A stretch of DNA of 64,000 nucleotides from an uncultured Pseudomonadales bacterium (GCA_964509365.1 CAZDWN010000001.1:150966-214965); one strand, 5' to 3'. Shown: positions 19,445-29,859, counted from the first letter of the stretch. Program-made: numbers and translations. The notes: a model not told the origin generated them from the letters alone.

Positions 19445-19685
19445 CGGTATAGCCTTCGGCTTCGATTGCAGCCTTTATCTTCTCCAGTCGCACTTGAGTC
19501 TCATCATAGGTCACTTTTGTGACCGATTTAGCATAACTTGTATCTGAAGAGACGACTCCCGCAAGATCTTCGAGTGCACCGTCGATATTCATGGCACAGC
19601 TTGTACAATGCATACCGGATATTTTGCACTCCAAGGTTTTTACTATTTTTGAATTTTGTTGTGATTTTGTGAATAGGTTAAACAT
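19431..19685 (-). CDS. copZ: Copper chaperone, heavy-metal-associated domain protein.
   Basis: GMHCTSCA (MxCxxC) metal-binding loop in a ~70-aa ferredoxin-like HMA domain. Adjacent to copA. Confidence 0.8.
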   Translation of the reverse strand: MFNLFTKSQQNSKIVKTLECKISGMHCTSCAMNIDGALEDLAGVVSSDTSYAKSVTKVTYDETQVRLEKIKAAIEAEGYTVTIS

Positions 19686-19709
19686 AGTATAAATTTTCAG
19701 TGAGAATTG

Positions 19710-20804
19710 TTAAATTACTTCCAATACTCCCGTATACATTCCCATCCCACAAGTAAACGGATACTTCCCTGTGGCACTGGGAGTAAATGAAACAGTTTTT
19801 TGATCAGTGGCATTTAAAAACTCTTTTATTCCAAACGCTCGCAGCTGAAAGCTTAAGGCGCAAGAATATACTTTGTTCGAGCGAAGTGTCAAGCGTACGG
19901 GAATGTCTTTTTTGACTCGAATATAGTTTGGTGCATATCCATTATTTTGAATATCGATAGTGATCGCTTGGGCGCCGTTGACGACGGGCACACCACTCCC
20001 CTCCTTTGGTTTTTGTGTATCGGGTGTCCAAAAAGAAACCCAGCCATTTTTGATAGCTCCAGCACTGATTGGTGAGTTTGTGACTTCCAAGACCCCATTG
20101 AAGCTATAGAGAGACATAGCGATTAGCGCAAAAGCTGCAAACCGCAAGAATTTAGAGGTCAGTCCTTCGGATAGTTTGGCCATCGCCACACCGATGAGCG
20201 TAAACAGTGGCATGGTCCCTAGGACAAACGCTGCCATGAGAAGTGCGGATTGAACTGGATTTCCGAGCGCGATTGCCTGGACTTCCATCGCTTGCGTCAC
20301 TCCGCAAGGGATAAAGACTGTACAGAGACCAAGTACGAATGGTGCAAAGAGCGAACTATCTTTGCTCAAACCTCTGATTCTTTTGGTGATAAATTTTGGT
20401 GGCTGAAACACGATGTAGCGAAAGATCGGATGGACATTGAGGAGGTTCATTGCTGTCGCAAACATGAAAAATGCTGCTACCACTTGAAACCCAAGTCTTA
20501 CTTGATCGCTTAGTGTGAGCGTGGATCCTAAAATTCCCAATAAGAAACCAAGGACGGTATGAGCAATCAGTTTGGCGATCAAAAACATGAATACGGGTAG
20601 CCAATCTTTTTTGAGCATTAGCTTTTCTTTTTGCCTGTCCCTCAAAGCAACCGGATCGCGAACCGGCTGAATAAGCCGTTTGCGCGAATCCGCAAGTGCG
20701 GCGTGGGAATTGGCGATAATACTAGCCAGGAAGCCTCCCTGCACAGCGAGGCAAGATAAGCCTCCAGTCGTGAGTCCGATTAAAAATATTGGCCACAAGT
20801 TCAT
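19710..20804 (-). CDS. Membrane permease (TauE/SafE-like) fused to a C-terminal cupredoxin-like domain. Probable copper-handling protein.
   Basis: The N-terminal ~240 aa have 6-7 TM helices with Gly-rich [15 protein letters not shown] motifs. The C-terminal ~110 aa form a beta-rich domain ending in [16 protein letters not shown] (a Cys/Met-rich, cupredoxin-like metal site). It is embedded in the cop cluster. Confidence 0.5.
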   Translation of the reverse strand: MNLWPIFLIGLTTGGLSCLAVQGGFLASIIANSHAALADSRKRLIQPVRDPVALRDRQKEKLMLKKDWLPVFMFLIAKLIAHTVLGFLLGILGSTLTLSDQVRLGFQVVAAFFMFATAMNLLNVHPIFRYIVFQPPKFITKRIRGLSKDSSLFAPFVLGLCTVFIPCGVTQAMEVQAIALGNPVQSALLMAAFVLGTMPLFTLIGVAMAKLSEGLTSKFLRFAAFALIAMSLYSFNGVLEVTNSPISAGAIKNGWVSFWTPDTQKPKEGSGVPVVNGAQAITIDIQNNGYAPNYIRVKKDIPVRLTLRSNKVYSCALSFQLRAFGIKEFLNATDQKTVSFTPSATGKYPFTCGMGMYTGVLEVI

Positions 20805-23041
20805 ATTTTTTTCCCTTTCAATCGCAATGAATTTGCGACCACACTGACCGATGAAAATCCCATCGCCGCTCCTGCGAGTGCTGGACTGAGTAGTATACCG
20901 AATACCGGATAGAGCACTCCAGCTGCCACTGGAATCCCTACAATGTTATAAAAGAATGCCCAAAACAAATTTTCTTTGATAATGCGCATGGTAGATTTTG
21001 CCAAAGCGATCGATAGAGGCAGCTTTGTCAGAGACCCACCCAAAAGTGTGATTCCTGCCGATTCAATCGCCACGTCGGTACCAGTCCCCATGGCGATGCC
21101 GACATCAGAAACCGCTAGTGCCGGAGCGTCGTTGATCCCATCACCCACCATGGCTACACGATGGCCTTGCGCTTGAATTTTCTTGATCTCATCAAGCTTT
21201 CCCCCAGGTAATACTTGTGCAAAAACGCAGTCAATACCGACTTGTTTTGCGATCGCGTTGGCGACGTCTTCATGGTCACCAGTGATCATTGCGGTGTGAA
21301 TGTGCATCGCATGGAGCTGCCTGACTACTTTCATCGCATCAGTCTTCACCGCATCGGCGATCGCTATCAACCCGAGAATTTTTCGATCTCTCGTGACATA
21401 CATGACGGTCTTTGCCTGCTTTGAATGTTTCGTAAATTCAGCCTCATGCGTGAGAGTGACTCCCTCTGATTCCATCAAGGCAGCATTACCAATCGTTGTT
21501 TGTTGGCCGTTGATACTTCCAGTGAGTCCTTTCCCCTCAACGTTTTGAAACTGTGTAACTTCTTTCGCAGATATATTCTGTAGTGAAGCATACTCGATGA
21601 TTGCCTGCCCCAATGGATGAGTTGAATTCTTTTCAAGCGATAATGCAATTTCTAAGAGTTCTTGTTCCATGATTCCATGGTCCATGACTACATTGGTCAC
21701 TGTCGGCTTTCCTTGTGTGAGGGTCCCCGTCTTATCAAAGACGACAAAATCGACTCCTGCTAAGATCTGCAAACTCTCTGCATTCTTGATGAGAATGCCA
21801 GCACTTGCTGCTTTACCCACTCCGACGATGATTGCGGTCGGAGTCGCGAGTCCCATCGCGCACGGACAGGCGATAACTACGATACCGACGAAACACAGAA
21901 GTCCGATCGTGTAGGAGCCGAGCGCAAACCAAACGAAGAGAACAAGGATCGCAAGAATAAGAACAACCGGGACAAAAACGGCTGACGCTTTATCAGCGAG
22001 AGCTTCGATTGGTGCCTTGGAGCCTTGAGCGCTTTCGACCATAGTAATGATCGACGAAAGCATCGTATCTTTCCCGACTTTGGTTGCTCTCATCTGCAGG
22101 CTACCCTGTTTGTTGATAGTTGCCCCTATGAGGGTGTCACCTTCATGTTTCTCTACTGGCATTGACTCGCCCGTGATCATCGACTCATCGACAGTGGACT
22201 CGCCGCGACTGACGATCCCATCGACCGGGATCTTATCTCCTGGCCTCACGATCACGATATCGCCAACGAAGACTTCATCGATTGATACCCTTACTTCTTT
22301 TCCCTCGCGCAAGACGGTTGCTTCTTTCGCCTGTAGACCAATGAGCTTTTCAATCGCTTCCCCAGTTTTGAGTTTTGAGCGTGCTTCCAAGTATTTTCCC
22401 AGTGTGATGAACCCAATGACGACGATGACGACGTCGTAGTAATTTTGTGAGGTATTCACATATGGTGCAAGTACATTTTCAAACGCACTGACGATAAAAC
22501 TGTAGGCAAATGCGACCGACGTGCCTATCCCGACGAGTGTGTCCATATTCGCTTCTCCATACTTGATAAACTTGATTACTCCAGAGAGATATGGGAGTCC
22601 AACGACAAACAACATGTACGTCGCAAAGACCGGTAGCAAATGGTGAAAGAACGTCATGAGGACTTTTGGCATCTCCGGCCAAAATCCAAGTGGCTCGGCT
22701 CCAATTTCCCAAGCCATGACCACGATACTGGTGATGATCATTGGGAGAGAGAGAAGTACATTTCTGTGTAGCGCTTTGAGCTCCTGAAGTTTTGTTTGCT
22801 TACTACTTACTGCTTGCTGCGTACTGCTTTCCAGTCTGTACCCCAGTTTCCCTATCTCTTGATTCATCTCGTTGATGCTTGTTTGATCGGGATCAAAACT
22901 GACCGTCGCTTTTTCAATGCCCATATTGACAGAGATATCTTCGACCCCTGGAAGTTTTCTGATTTTTCTCGTGATGATACTGGCGCATGACGCGCAATGC
23001 ATTCCGGTGACTGGTAAAGTTTCAGTAATTTTATTTGCCAT
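20801..23041 (-). CDS. copA: Copper-translocating P1B-type ATPase.
   Basis: N-terminal HMA domain (GMHCASCA), the CPC motif in TM6 ([11 protein letters not shown]), DKTGTLT, the HP motif and GDGINDAP. Confidence 0.9.
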   Translation of the reverse strand: MANKITETLPVTGMHCASCASIITRKIRKLPGVEDISVNMGIEKATVSFDPDQTSINEMNQEIGKLGYRLESSTQQAVSSKQTKLQELKALHRNVLLSLPMIITSIVVMAWEIGAEPLGFWPEMPKVLMTFFHHLLPVFATYMLFVVGLPYLSGVIKFIKYGEANMDTLVGIGTSVAFAYSFIVSAFENVLAPYVNTSQNYYDVVIVVIGFITLGKYLEARSKLKTGEAIEKLIGLQAKEATVLREGKEVRVSIDEVFVGDIVIVRPGDKIPVDGIVSRGESTVDESMITGESMPVEKHEGDTLIGATINKQGSLQMRATKVGKDTMLSSIITMVESAQGSKAPIEALADKASAVFVPVVLILAILVLFVWFALGSYTIGLLCFVGIVVIACPCAMGLATPTAIIVGVGKAASAGILIKNAESLQILAGVDFVVFDKTGTLTQGKPTVTNVVMDHGIMEQELLEIALSLEKNSTHPLGQAIIEYASLQNISAKEVTQFQNVEGKGLTGSINGQQTTIGNAALMESEGVTLTHEAEFTKHSKQAKTVMYVTRDRKILGLIAIADAVKTDAMKVVRQLHAMHIHTAMITGDHEDVANAIAKQVGIDCVFAQVLPGGKLDEIKKIQAQGHRVAMVGDGINDAPALAVSDVGIAMGTGTDVAIESAGITLLGGSLTKLPLSIALAKSTMRIIKENLFWAFFYNIVGIPVAAGVLYPVFGILLSPALAGAAMGFSSVSVVANSLRLKGKKI

Positions 23042-23048
23042 ATTCTCC

Positions 23049-23100
23049 TGTCATCCTGAGCGCTCAAGTGTAATCACTTGAGGGTCGAAGGATAGTTTTC
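23049..23100. repeat. Intergenic repeat family B, copy 1 (TGTCATCCTGAG...TTCAAGT-hairpin-...TCGAAGGRYAGTTTTC).
   Basis: It shares both termini with 44600..44658 and contains an internal perfect 8-bp hairpin (CTCAAGTG taat CACTTGAG). It sits between the arsR-like stop and the copA start. Confidence 0.65.
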
Positions 23101-23607
23101 TTTTCCCTTAACGACTTGTCGCTTGAATTGTTTCTCACACCCAAATCCGCAGAAATAATAGCGGTGATGGTCATGCAGGAGCGAGCTTGCAGCCCCGCTA
23201 CTCGTCACTTCCATCCCGCAAATTGGATCGATGTGGAGATGCAATTTGTTGAGGGTATCGAGCTCGCGGACACCATAGCGCTCCAGTAATACGGTGCGTG
23301 CTTGGTCAAAGATACTAGCGACGTTTGGCAACGCAAGCGAGTAGACCCGTGATTGGGCAACTTTCTCGACTTTCACGAGTTTTAATTTTTTGAGTATGGT
23401 GAGATGCTGCGAGACATTTGCCTGAGCGACGCCGGTCATCGTGACTATTTCATTGACCGTGAGTGCATCATGAGACAACAGATGAAGTATCTCCAAGCGT
23501 TTGGGATGCGACAGTGAGGCGTAGATCTGTGATTCCAGGACAAAAATATTCTTCATATATTCAATATTCTGAATATACACTATTGTGAATATTTTGTGCA
23601 GTGACAA
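23074..23607 (-). CDS. ArsR/SmtB-family metal-responsive transcriptional regulator with a C-terminal YHS/TRASH metal-binding domain. The start is probably at the internal MKNIFVLES.
   Basis: ArsR-type wHTH (LSHPKRLEILHLL...VNEIV...QANVSQHLTILK) plus a C-terminal CGMEV...YYFCGFGC YHS/TRASH-like Cys cluster. It lies immediately upstream of copA. Confidence 0.7.
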   Translation of the reverse strand: MSLHKIFTIVYIQNIEYMKNIFVLESQIYASLSHPKRLEILHLLSHDALTVNEIVTMTGVAQANVSQHLTILKKLKLVKVEKVAQSRVYSLALPNVASIFDQARTVLLERYGVRELDTLNKLHLHIDPICGMEVTSSGAASSLLHDHHRYYFCGFGCEKQFKRQVVKGKENYPSTLK

Positions 23608-23623
23608 ACATCACATTTTCAAA

Positions 23624-24544
23624 CTATACCAGTGCTTTGATGATGCCGCAGGACTTCTCAAAGGCAGTCTTTTCTTCAGGTGAGAAACCAATTTTGAGGA
23701 TTTGCTCTACTCCATTTTTGCCGACGATACATGGGACGGAGATAGACACTCCTGATTGGCCAGCGTACTCATTGATAGGTGTGGATACTGGCAGTACTGA
23801 TTTTTTATCTTCGAATATGGTACCGACGACTTTCGTGATTACGACGCCGATTGCGTAATACGTGGCACCTTTTGCAGCGATGATTTTTGCGGCCGCATCG
23901 CGAGCTTTCGTAAATGCATCCTGAGCCTGCGAATAAGAAAATTCCGGAAAAAGTTCAAGCGGTTGCCCTCCGACAGTGGCGCTTGCCATCGCTGGAAATG
24001 AACTATCACCATGCTCGCCTAAAATATACGCATGAATACTTCGTGGATTGACGTGGAGGAACTCCGAGAGATGAAATCGAAACCGAGCAGTATCAAGCAT
24101 CGTCCCAGTGCCAAAGACTCTTCCTGCAGGGAGTCCGAGCGCCTGAGCAAGTCGATACGTGAGCACATCGACCGGATTACTGACCACCACGATGACACTG
24201 TTTTGGACGTGTGGCTTCATTTGCGTCGCAAGTTCGTCCATGACTTTTTTATTTTCTTCGACGAGATCCAATCGAGTCTGCCCTGGCTTCTGAGCGGCAC
24301 CAGCGGTGACGACGACGACATCGCAGCCTTCAAGTGCTTTGTAGTCTTCTGTGGCAGTGATTTTGACGGAGTCCAAAAACGGTAATCCGTGTTCGAGGTC
24401 AAGTTTTTCTCCTTCGCTTTTCTCAAGGGAACGGGACACTAAGACGATTTCTTCAGCAGTATGACGCAAAAGGAGCGCATATGCTGCGGTGATTCCGACT
24501 TTTCCCAATCCAACGATGCCAACTTTGTGTGTATCAGACTGCAT
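23624..24544 (-). CDS. ldh: L-lactate dehydrogenase (start at the internal MQSDTHKVGIVG).
   Basis: Rossmann GxGxxG (VGIVGLGKVG), the substrate loop VVVTAGAAQKPGQTRLDL, and ILGEHGDS around the catalytic His, typical of LDH rather than MDH. Confidence 0.8.
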   Translation of the reverse strand: MQSDTHKVGIVGLGKVGITAAYALLLRHTAEEIVLVSRSLEKSEGEKLDLEHGLPFLDSVKITATEDYKALEGCDVVVVTAGAAQKPGQTRLDLVEENKKVMDELATQMKPHVQNSVIVVVSNPVDVLTYRLAQALGLPAGRVFGTGTMLDTARFRFHLSEFLHVNPRSIHAYILGEHGDSSFPAMASATVGGQPLELFPEFSYSQAQDAFTKARDAAAKIIAAKGATYYAIGVVITKVVGTIFEDKKSVLPVSTPINEYAGQSGVSISVPCIVGKNGVEQILKIGFSPEEKTAFEKSCGIIKALV

Positions 24545-24594
24545 AAACGACCCTTTCAAGTAAAACTTGCATATATCTACTATACTATGCACAC

Positions 24595-25284
24595 ATGGTA
24601 CAAACACACACCTTTTCAAACAGTGATGAAACGCACAAAATTAAGACTTTCTTTGAAGGTTTTACTCCGTTTCGATTGATGCCGGACACCGTGATGATAC
24701 GTCCCGATGAGCGCCCAACTCAGGTCTTTTATCTGGTGAGTGGAGTCGTCGAACAGACGAAAACAACTGTCAAAGGTCAAGAACTCACGATGAACATCTA
24801 CAAACCAGGAAGTTTTTTCCCATTGATGGATTTTGTCACGGAGATTCCAAATCAATATACCTTTCGTACGCTCGGTATTTGCACCGGCTTTAAAGCGCCT
24901 GCTGAGGATGTCGTCGCGTGGATGAAAAGTGACGCAGATATCTCCTTTGATATTACGAGGAGACTTTTGCTCGGACTGCATGGGATGCTCCTAAAGACCG
25001 AGAAATTGATGCAACGTGATGCGACAGCTATCTTAGCGCAGATGTTGTTGACCCTTGCGGCTCGATTCCCGACAGAAAGTAGTGAAGAACCAAAGATTGC
25101 TCTAGCGTTTACCCATCAGCAGTTAGCTGACAGCACTGGGTTATCGCGCGAGACGATAACGAGAGAGCTCAGCTTACTCAAGAATGCGGGAGTCATCTCG
25201 ATCACTCATAAACAAATCATTGTGCACTCGATCGGCGATCTGCAAAAAAATGCTGAGAGCGTGAGAGAGATCACAGTTCTATAA
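24595..25284 (+). CDS. Crp/Fnr-family transcriptional regulator.
   Basis: N-terminal cNMP-binding beta-barrel region and a C-terminal HTH (ETITRELSLLKNAGVISI). Confidence 0.7.
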   Translation: MVQTHTFSNSDETHKIKTFFEGFTPFRLMPDTVMIRPDERPTQVFYLVSGVVEQTKTTVKGQELTMNIYKPGSFFPLMDFVTEIPNQYTFRTLGICTGFKAPAEDVVAWMKSDADISFDITRRLLLGLHGMLLKTEKLMQRDATAILAQMLLTLAARFPTESSEEPKIALAFTHQQLADSTGLSRETITRELSLLKNAGVISITHKQIIVHSIGDLQKNAESVREITVL

Positions 25285-25309
25285 TCCGGAGCGACGTATA
25301 ATCCCTTCC

Positions 25310-26803
25310 ATGCGCAGAAAAATCTTTGGACTACTCGTGGTGTGCATCGCCCTCATCGGAGTGATTGATGCGTCATATATCACCTACTCCGAGTATCGCG
25401 GAGTGCTGCCTCCTTGTCGCCCTCCGTTTGATTGCGGCGCAGTCCTTCGCAGTCCACTTTCGCGAATTGGCACTGTCCCCCTTTCAGCGATTGGGATCGT
25501 CTACTATTCTCTCGTTTTGACTATCGGAGCAACAGCATTTCTTTCGGAAGATCATGAGGATCTCGTACGCATGATTGCGTGCTGCGGTTTTGCATTCTCA
25601 CTGTATCTCGTTTTCTTGATGGCAGTCCTTCTCCAAGCTTGGTGCTTGTACTGTCTGGTTTCTGCGATCTGCTGCCTGGGGATCTTTACCGCTTCATGGC
25701 TACTCGCGTCACCACCACGTGTGATCACTCCCGGCTCGACCTGGTTCACTCGCTCATTTCATAGTGTGTACACTCTCATCGTCAAACCACTTTTTTTTCT
25801 CTTTGACGCGGAGTTGATCCACGACACACTCACTGCTACAGGAGCATCCCTCGGCAGTTTTGCATTGACTCGATGGCTGACACGCAGATTGTTTTTTCCA
25901 CGATCACCCGATCACTCATTTGAAAAAGACGGGATACGTTTTCCGACCCGAGTGGGACTCTCAGCAGGATTTGACTACACTGCGTCGCTCACGCAGATCA
26001 CTCCGTCTCTGGGATTTGGGTTTGAGACGGTCGGCACCATCACGAACTTGCCCTACGCCGGCAATGCGACGCCTCGGCTCGGACGGTACCCACGATCAAA
26101 AGCTTTATTGGTGAATAAAGGGTTTAAGAACGAAGGGGCGAGAGCAATGATCGCAAAGCTTTCAAAGCTTCAGTTTTCCATTCCCATTGGGATCAGTATT
26201 GGCAGCACCAACAAAGTATTCAATGACCTTACTTCGCAAATAGACGATATCATCAAATGCTTTCAATTATTTGAAAAAAGCAAAGTGGCTCACAGCTACT
26301 ATGAGCTCAATATCAGTTGTCCCAATGTCACCAATCCGTTCTCATTTAAGACACCAAAGGAGCTTGAGCCGCTCCTAGTCGCCGTCGACAAACTCCATAT
26401 CAAGTGTCCGATCTATTTGAAGATGCCAATTGATCTGACGCATCGCGAGACGCTCGCACTGCTTGATATCGCAAAAGTTCACACGATCGCGGGGGTGATC
26501 TTTGGAAATTTGACGAAAGATAAAGCCAATCCAGACGTCCATCCGAAGGATCGCGATCTCTGGGTCAATGCCAAAGGCAATCTGAGCGGCAAACCAACCT
26601 GGCAGCGCTCAAATGATCTGATCAAATTGACCAAAAAGCATTTTGGCAAACGCTTCACGATCATCGGGACCGGCGGTATTTTCACTCCAGAAGATGCGCA
26701 AACCAAACTTGATCTTGGTGCTGACCTCGTCCAACTGATCACGGGGATGATTTACGAGGGACCTGCCCGCGTCGGCGAGATCGCACGACACCTCTCTTCG
26801 TAG
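25310..26803 (+). CDS. pyrD: Fusion protein: N-terminal vitamin K epoxide reductase (VKOR)-like domain plus C-terminal class-2 dihydroorotate dehydrogenase.
   Basis: Residues 1-135 have 4 TM helices with a loop Cys pair (CRPPFDC) and a TM CxxC (WCLYCL), as in VKOR/DsbB-like proteins. Residues ~190-497 show the DHODH motifs (GLSAGFDY, NKGFKNEG, IIGTGGI...GADLVQL). Confidence 0.75.
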   Translation: MRRKIFGLLVVCIALIGVIDASYITYSEYRGVLPPCRPPFDCGAVLRSPLSRIGTVPLSAIGIVYYSLVLTIGATAFLSEDHEDLVRMIACCGFAFSLYLVFLMAVLLQAWCLYCLVSAICCLGIFTASWLLASPPRVITPGSTWFTRSFHSVYTLIVKPLFFLFDAELIHDTLTATGASLGSFALTRWLTRRLFFPRSPDHSFEKDGIRFPTRVGLSAGFDYTASLTQITPSLGFGFETVGTITNLPYAGNATPRLGRYPRSKALLVNKGFKNEGARAMIAKLSKLQFSIPIGISIGSTNKVFNDLTSQIDDIIKCFQLFEKSKVAHSYYELNISCPNVTNPFSFKTPKELEPLLVAVDKLHIKCPIYLKMPIDLTHRETLALLDIAKVHTIAGVIFGNLTKDKANPDVHPKDRDLWVNAKGNLSGKPTWQRSNDLIKLTKKHFGKRFTIIGTGGIFTPEDAQTKLDLGADLVQLITGMIYEGPARVGEIARHLSS

Positions 26804-26824
26804 CGGCGCTGTATACTACACTGC

Positions 26825-27382
26825 ATGGACCACGTCGACATCACTATCACTGAGCATCTTAAACTCAAGAGTTGGCACATTAGCGAGGCAGCCGAGCTTT
26901 TTGCCTTGGTTGATGCCAATCGTGAACATTTATCTGCGTGGTTGCCATGGGTGTCATCTGTGAAACAAGAGTCAGACTCCAAGAAATTTATTGAAGACGC
27001 GATCACTGCGATGCAGCAAGACGATGGTCTTGAGCTTGGGATTTGGTACAACGAGAAGCTTGTTGGTTGTATTGGCCTGCATGAGCTTGACACACTTCAC
27101 AAAAAGACGAGTCTAGGCTACTGGCTCGGTCACAATGCTGTTGGCAAAGGGATCATGACAAAAGCAGTCAAAGCATTGACCACGTATTGCTTTGAAGAAC
27201 TGGAGCTCAATCGAGTAGAGTTGCGAGCAGCGACAGAAAATGAAAAAAGTGCTGCGATAGCCAAAAAGTTGTGGTTTAAGAAGGAAGGCATCTTACGTCA
27301 ATCAGAATTGATTAATGGCGAGTTTGTTGACGACACTGTCTACAGCATGCTCAAAAAAGATTGGATTCCCTCTCGAGTTTAG
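26825..27382 (+). CDS. GNAT-family N-acetyltransferase (RimJ/RimL-like).
   Basis: Acetyl-CoA-binding motif region (IGL..L......LGYWLG...GKGIMTKAV) typical of GNAT. Confidence 0.65.
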   Translation: MDHVDITITEHLKLKSWHISEAAELFALVDANREHLSAWLPWVSSVKQESDSKKFIEDAITAMQQDDGLELGIWYNEKLVGCIGLHELDTLHKKTSLGYWLGHNAVGKGIMTKAVKALTTYCFEELELNRVELRAATENEKSAAIAKKLWFKKEGILRQSELINGEFVDDTVYSMLKKDWIPSRV

Positions 27383-28170
27383 CGAGTAAAATGCATCGAT
27401 GCGATGATTTGATCGATCTCAGCCGGGACATATCCAATAGTACGTTCAAAGACGAATACGATCCCAGGGTATGTTGGTGAGTTTGTATTCACGATGAGTG
27501 CGACTCTATCTCCAAGAGAGTTCTGCAGTGTTGGTCCTCCCTCACTATCGCTTTTTCCATCTATTCGCAGCACTGCCACTCCGTCACTGGTAGTGATCGT
27601 TTGCATCGGTAAGTTCGGTATATCGGCAGTACTTCCGCCTACAAATTTCAGTTTTATGTTGCCATTTTCCTCGGTAAATCCTTGAAGATCCGTGATTTGT
27701 CCGCTCCGACCCGCGGCGTAATCAGATGAGGTAGTCCCGATCGAAAGAAAATCATTTGGTCGGGTAAAACAGTACTTTGATTGCAGAGCACCTGATCCTG
27801 ACGCCACTTTGACACCAGTGAATTGTCCACACAACTGCGTTCCTGATTCCCCTTTGACGATTTGTTCACGCAATGTGCCGAGTGATTTGCTTCTGCCCGG
27901 AAGATCAAATGAGAGATGCACAGATGGGAGCATGTATGTGATCCATCCTTCTTGTTTTGCATAGGGAGCGACTATGACGGGAGTCGCAACTGGACTGGCG
28001 GATGGAGTGAGCGATGGTTGGACTTCTACGACTACGGAGTCGGAAGGAGTCGCCTGCCTTTGGCCATAAAAGTGCCACGCGCCGCCGAGCACGATGAAAA
28101 ATAAGACGACGATGAGGATAGCTGTATTTGAGGGAAAATAATTTGTAAATCGAGGTCTCTTGTCTTCCAT
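27379..28170 (-). CDS. Hypothetical membrane-anchored extracytoplasmic protein.
   Basis: N-terminal TM anchor followed by a Thr/Ser/Pro-rich region. Confidence 0.45.
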   Translation of the reverse strand: MEDKRPRFTNYFPSNTAILIVVLFFIVLGGAWHFYGQRQATPSDSVVVEVQPSLTPSASPVATPVIVAPYAKQEGWITYMLPSVHLSFDLPGRSKSLGTLREQIVKGESGTQLCGQFTGVKVASGSGALQSKYCFTRPNDFLSIGTTSSDYAAGRSGQITDLQGFTEENGNIKLKFVGGSTADIPNLPMQTITTSDGVAVLRIDGKSDSEGGPTLQNSLGDRVALIVNTNSPTYPGIVFVFERTIGYVPAEIDQIIASMHFTR

Positions 28171-28188
28171 CGCTCTACTATCTCATAC

Positions 28189-28854
28189 TTACTTTGAGAA
28201 ATGAAATGTCTTCATGATCTGCTCGGAGAGTACTCGGTTTTCTTCAGTCGGTTCAGCAGTAAACAGTCCAAATTTCCCATCGTTCAAAAGTATATAGGTG
28301 ACGAAACGGTTTCGCTGGCCCTTTATTTGTCCTGAGACTGCAGGATAACCCGCGATGGTAGTTTGAGTCGCTCCAGGTTGGAGATCTGCACTCAGCTCTG
28401 CCAATGTGTTTTCTGAATTTGGCATGTTCCACTGGTACAGACCGTACAGTTGGTAATATGTCTTTGGATTTGCTGAGCCATTCTGCACATAGAGCGTGGT
28501 GACATCGGGTGTACCCTTATCATTTCTCTGCGTATCATATGTCACAGTCAAGTCCGATGGGGCTCTGAACGTGAGTCCGAGATCGTTGACGGTGTACGAT
28601 TTCCACCCGGATTGGACGGTAGGCTCCTCAATAGCCACGGGACACGCGGTAAATTCACAGTTTGGGCCAGTTCGCCCGACGTAGCTGCCATCGGGACACT
28701 GCTTTGCCTCCATCGTACACGCTACTCCTTCAGGCGGAGTCGGCGGAACCATTTTTTGATTGCGGAGGCGCAAGAGCAATTTTGGTGCGAGTGCCACCAA
28801 GAGTACGACGCCAATGATGAGAAGGACCGAAACAACTGGAGACTTGTTTGCCAT
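28189..28854 (-). CDS. Hypothetical membrane-anchored extracytoplasmic protein.
   Basis: N-terminal TM anchor (VVSVLLIIGVVLLVALA) followed by a soluble domain. Confidence 0.45.
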   Translation of the reverse strand: MANKSPVVSVLLIIGVVLLVALAPKLLLRLRNQKMVPPTPPEGVACTMEAKQCPDGSYVGRTGPNCEFTACPVAIEEPTVQSGWKSYTVNDLGLTFRAPSDLTVTYDTQRNDKGTPDVTTLYVQNGSANPKTYYQLYGLYQWNMPNSENTLAELSADLQPGATQTTIAGYPAVSGQIKGQRNRFVTYILLNDGKFGLFTAEPTEENRVLSEQIMKTFHFSK

Positions 28855-29020
28855 GTACTCACTATCTCACAACAGATGATCGCGTGAGAAGCTCCAATTC
28901 TGCCATGAGTACACTCATCGAATTGATGAGTTTGTGAGCCTATGCACCAAGCTTTTGTGATCGTTGACACACTTCACAATTCCTAGCTATAGTTAGTTAT
29001 TATTCTATTCGGAGGGTGGT

Positions 29021-29791
29021 ATGAGAATTAAACACATGGTCTCTGCAATATCCATTGCAGCTTTGTCACTCGCATTGCCTGCAAGTGCATTTGCAGCTGT
29101 CACAACAGTGCAACAAGCACCGTTTCAATACTTGAGTCAATCGAACTGTAATAGTCCATCGACTTTCAGTGTTGCCTACCCTTCAAATGTAACTGCTGGG
29201 AACCTTCTTGTTGTCACCGTCGCGTACAAAGGGACCGCAGGTTCTGCATACACTCCGACCGATAGTCAAGGAAACACTTATACCTTGTTGAGTGGTTCAT
29301 CTGCTAGTGCTGGACCTGGATCAAACTCAAACCGTCGAATTGGTGTCTACTCAACTATTGCTGGCAGTACGGGTGCAAACACCGTGACTGTGGAATGTGC
29401 TGATACCGAAGGTCATGCGCAAGAAGTCCCACTCGTCTATCTACACGAATATAGTGGACAAAATGGGTCAACTCCAATCACCAACGGAATCGCTCGAGCT
29501 GGATCATCAAGTACAGGAACAAACATTCCTGCTGATTCAGGCACAGCGACCATAAATGCTGGAAATCTGTGGGTCATGGATTTCATGGCAGTGAACTGGC
29601 TCTATGAGCCGAATTATTTGACTGGGTTCACGAGTGGAACGTATGTCAATGGATCTGTGACCAACCGTGGAAGTATGGGCACTGAGTCACGAGTAATGGC
29701 AGGTGGAGATAGTGGCACTGCATACGGACAAGTCACTTGGGCAGGCGTTCCTGGCCAGTGGGCAGCATCTTCATTCCAAGTTAATCCGTAA
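29021..29791 (+). CDS. Hypothetical secreted Gly/Ser/Thr-rich protein.
   Basis: Classical signal peptide (ALSLALPASAFA) followed by a G/S/T-rich beta-rich domain. Confidence 0.5.
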   Translation: MRIKHMVSAISIAALSLALPASAFAAVTTVQQAPFQYLSQSNCNSPSTFSVAYPSNVTAGNLLVVTVAYKGTAGSAYTPTDSQGNTYTLLSGSSASAGPGSNSNRRIGVYSTIAGSTGANTVTVECADTEGHAQEVPLVYLHEYSGQNGSTPITNGIARAGSSSTGTNIPADSGTATINAGNLWVMDFMAVNWLYEPNYLTGFTSGTYVNGSVTNRGSMGTESRVMAGGDSGTAYGQVTWAGVPGQWAASSFQVNP

Positions 29792-29826
29792 TCGGACGGA
29801 TACTGAACTGTGAATGAAAATAAATC

Positions 29827-29856
29827 GACCCCCTTCTCAGTGAAGGGGGTCTTTTT
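29827..29856. terminator. Bidirectional intrinsic terminator.
   Basis: GACCCCCTTC-tcagt-GAAGGGGGTC perfect 10-bp stem followed by TTTTT. It lies between convergent genes. Confidence 0.75.
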
Positions 29857-29859
29857 GAA

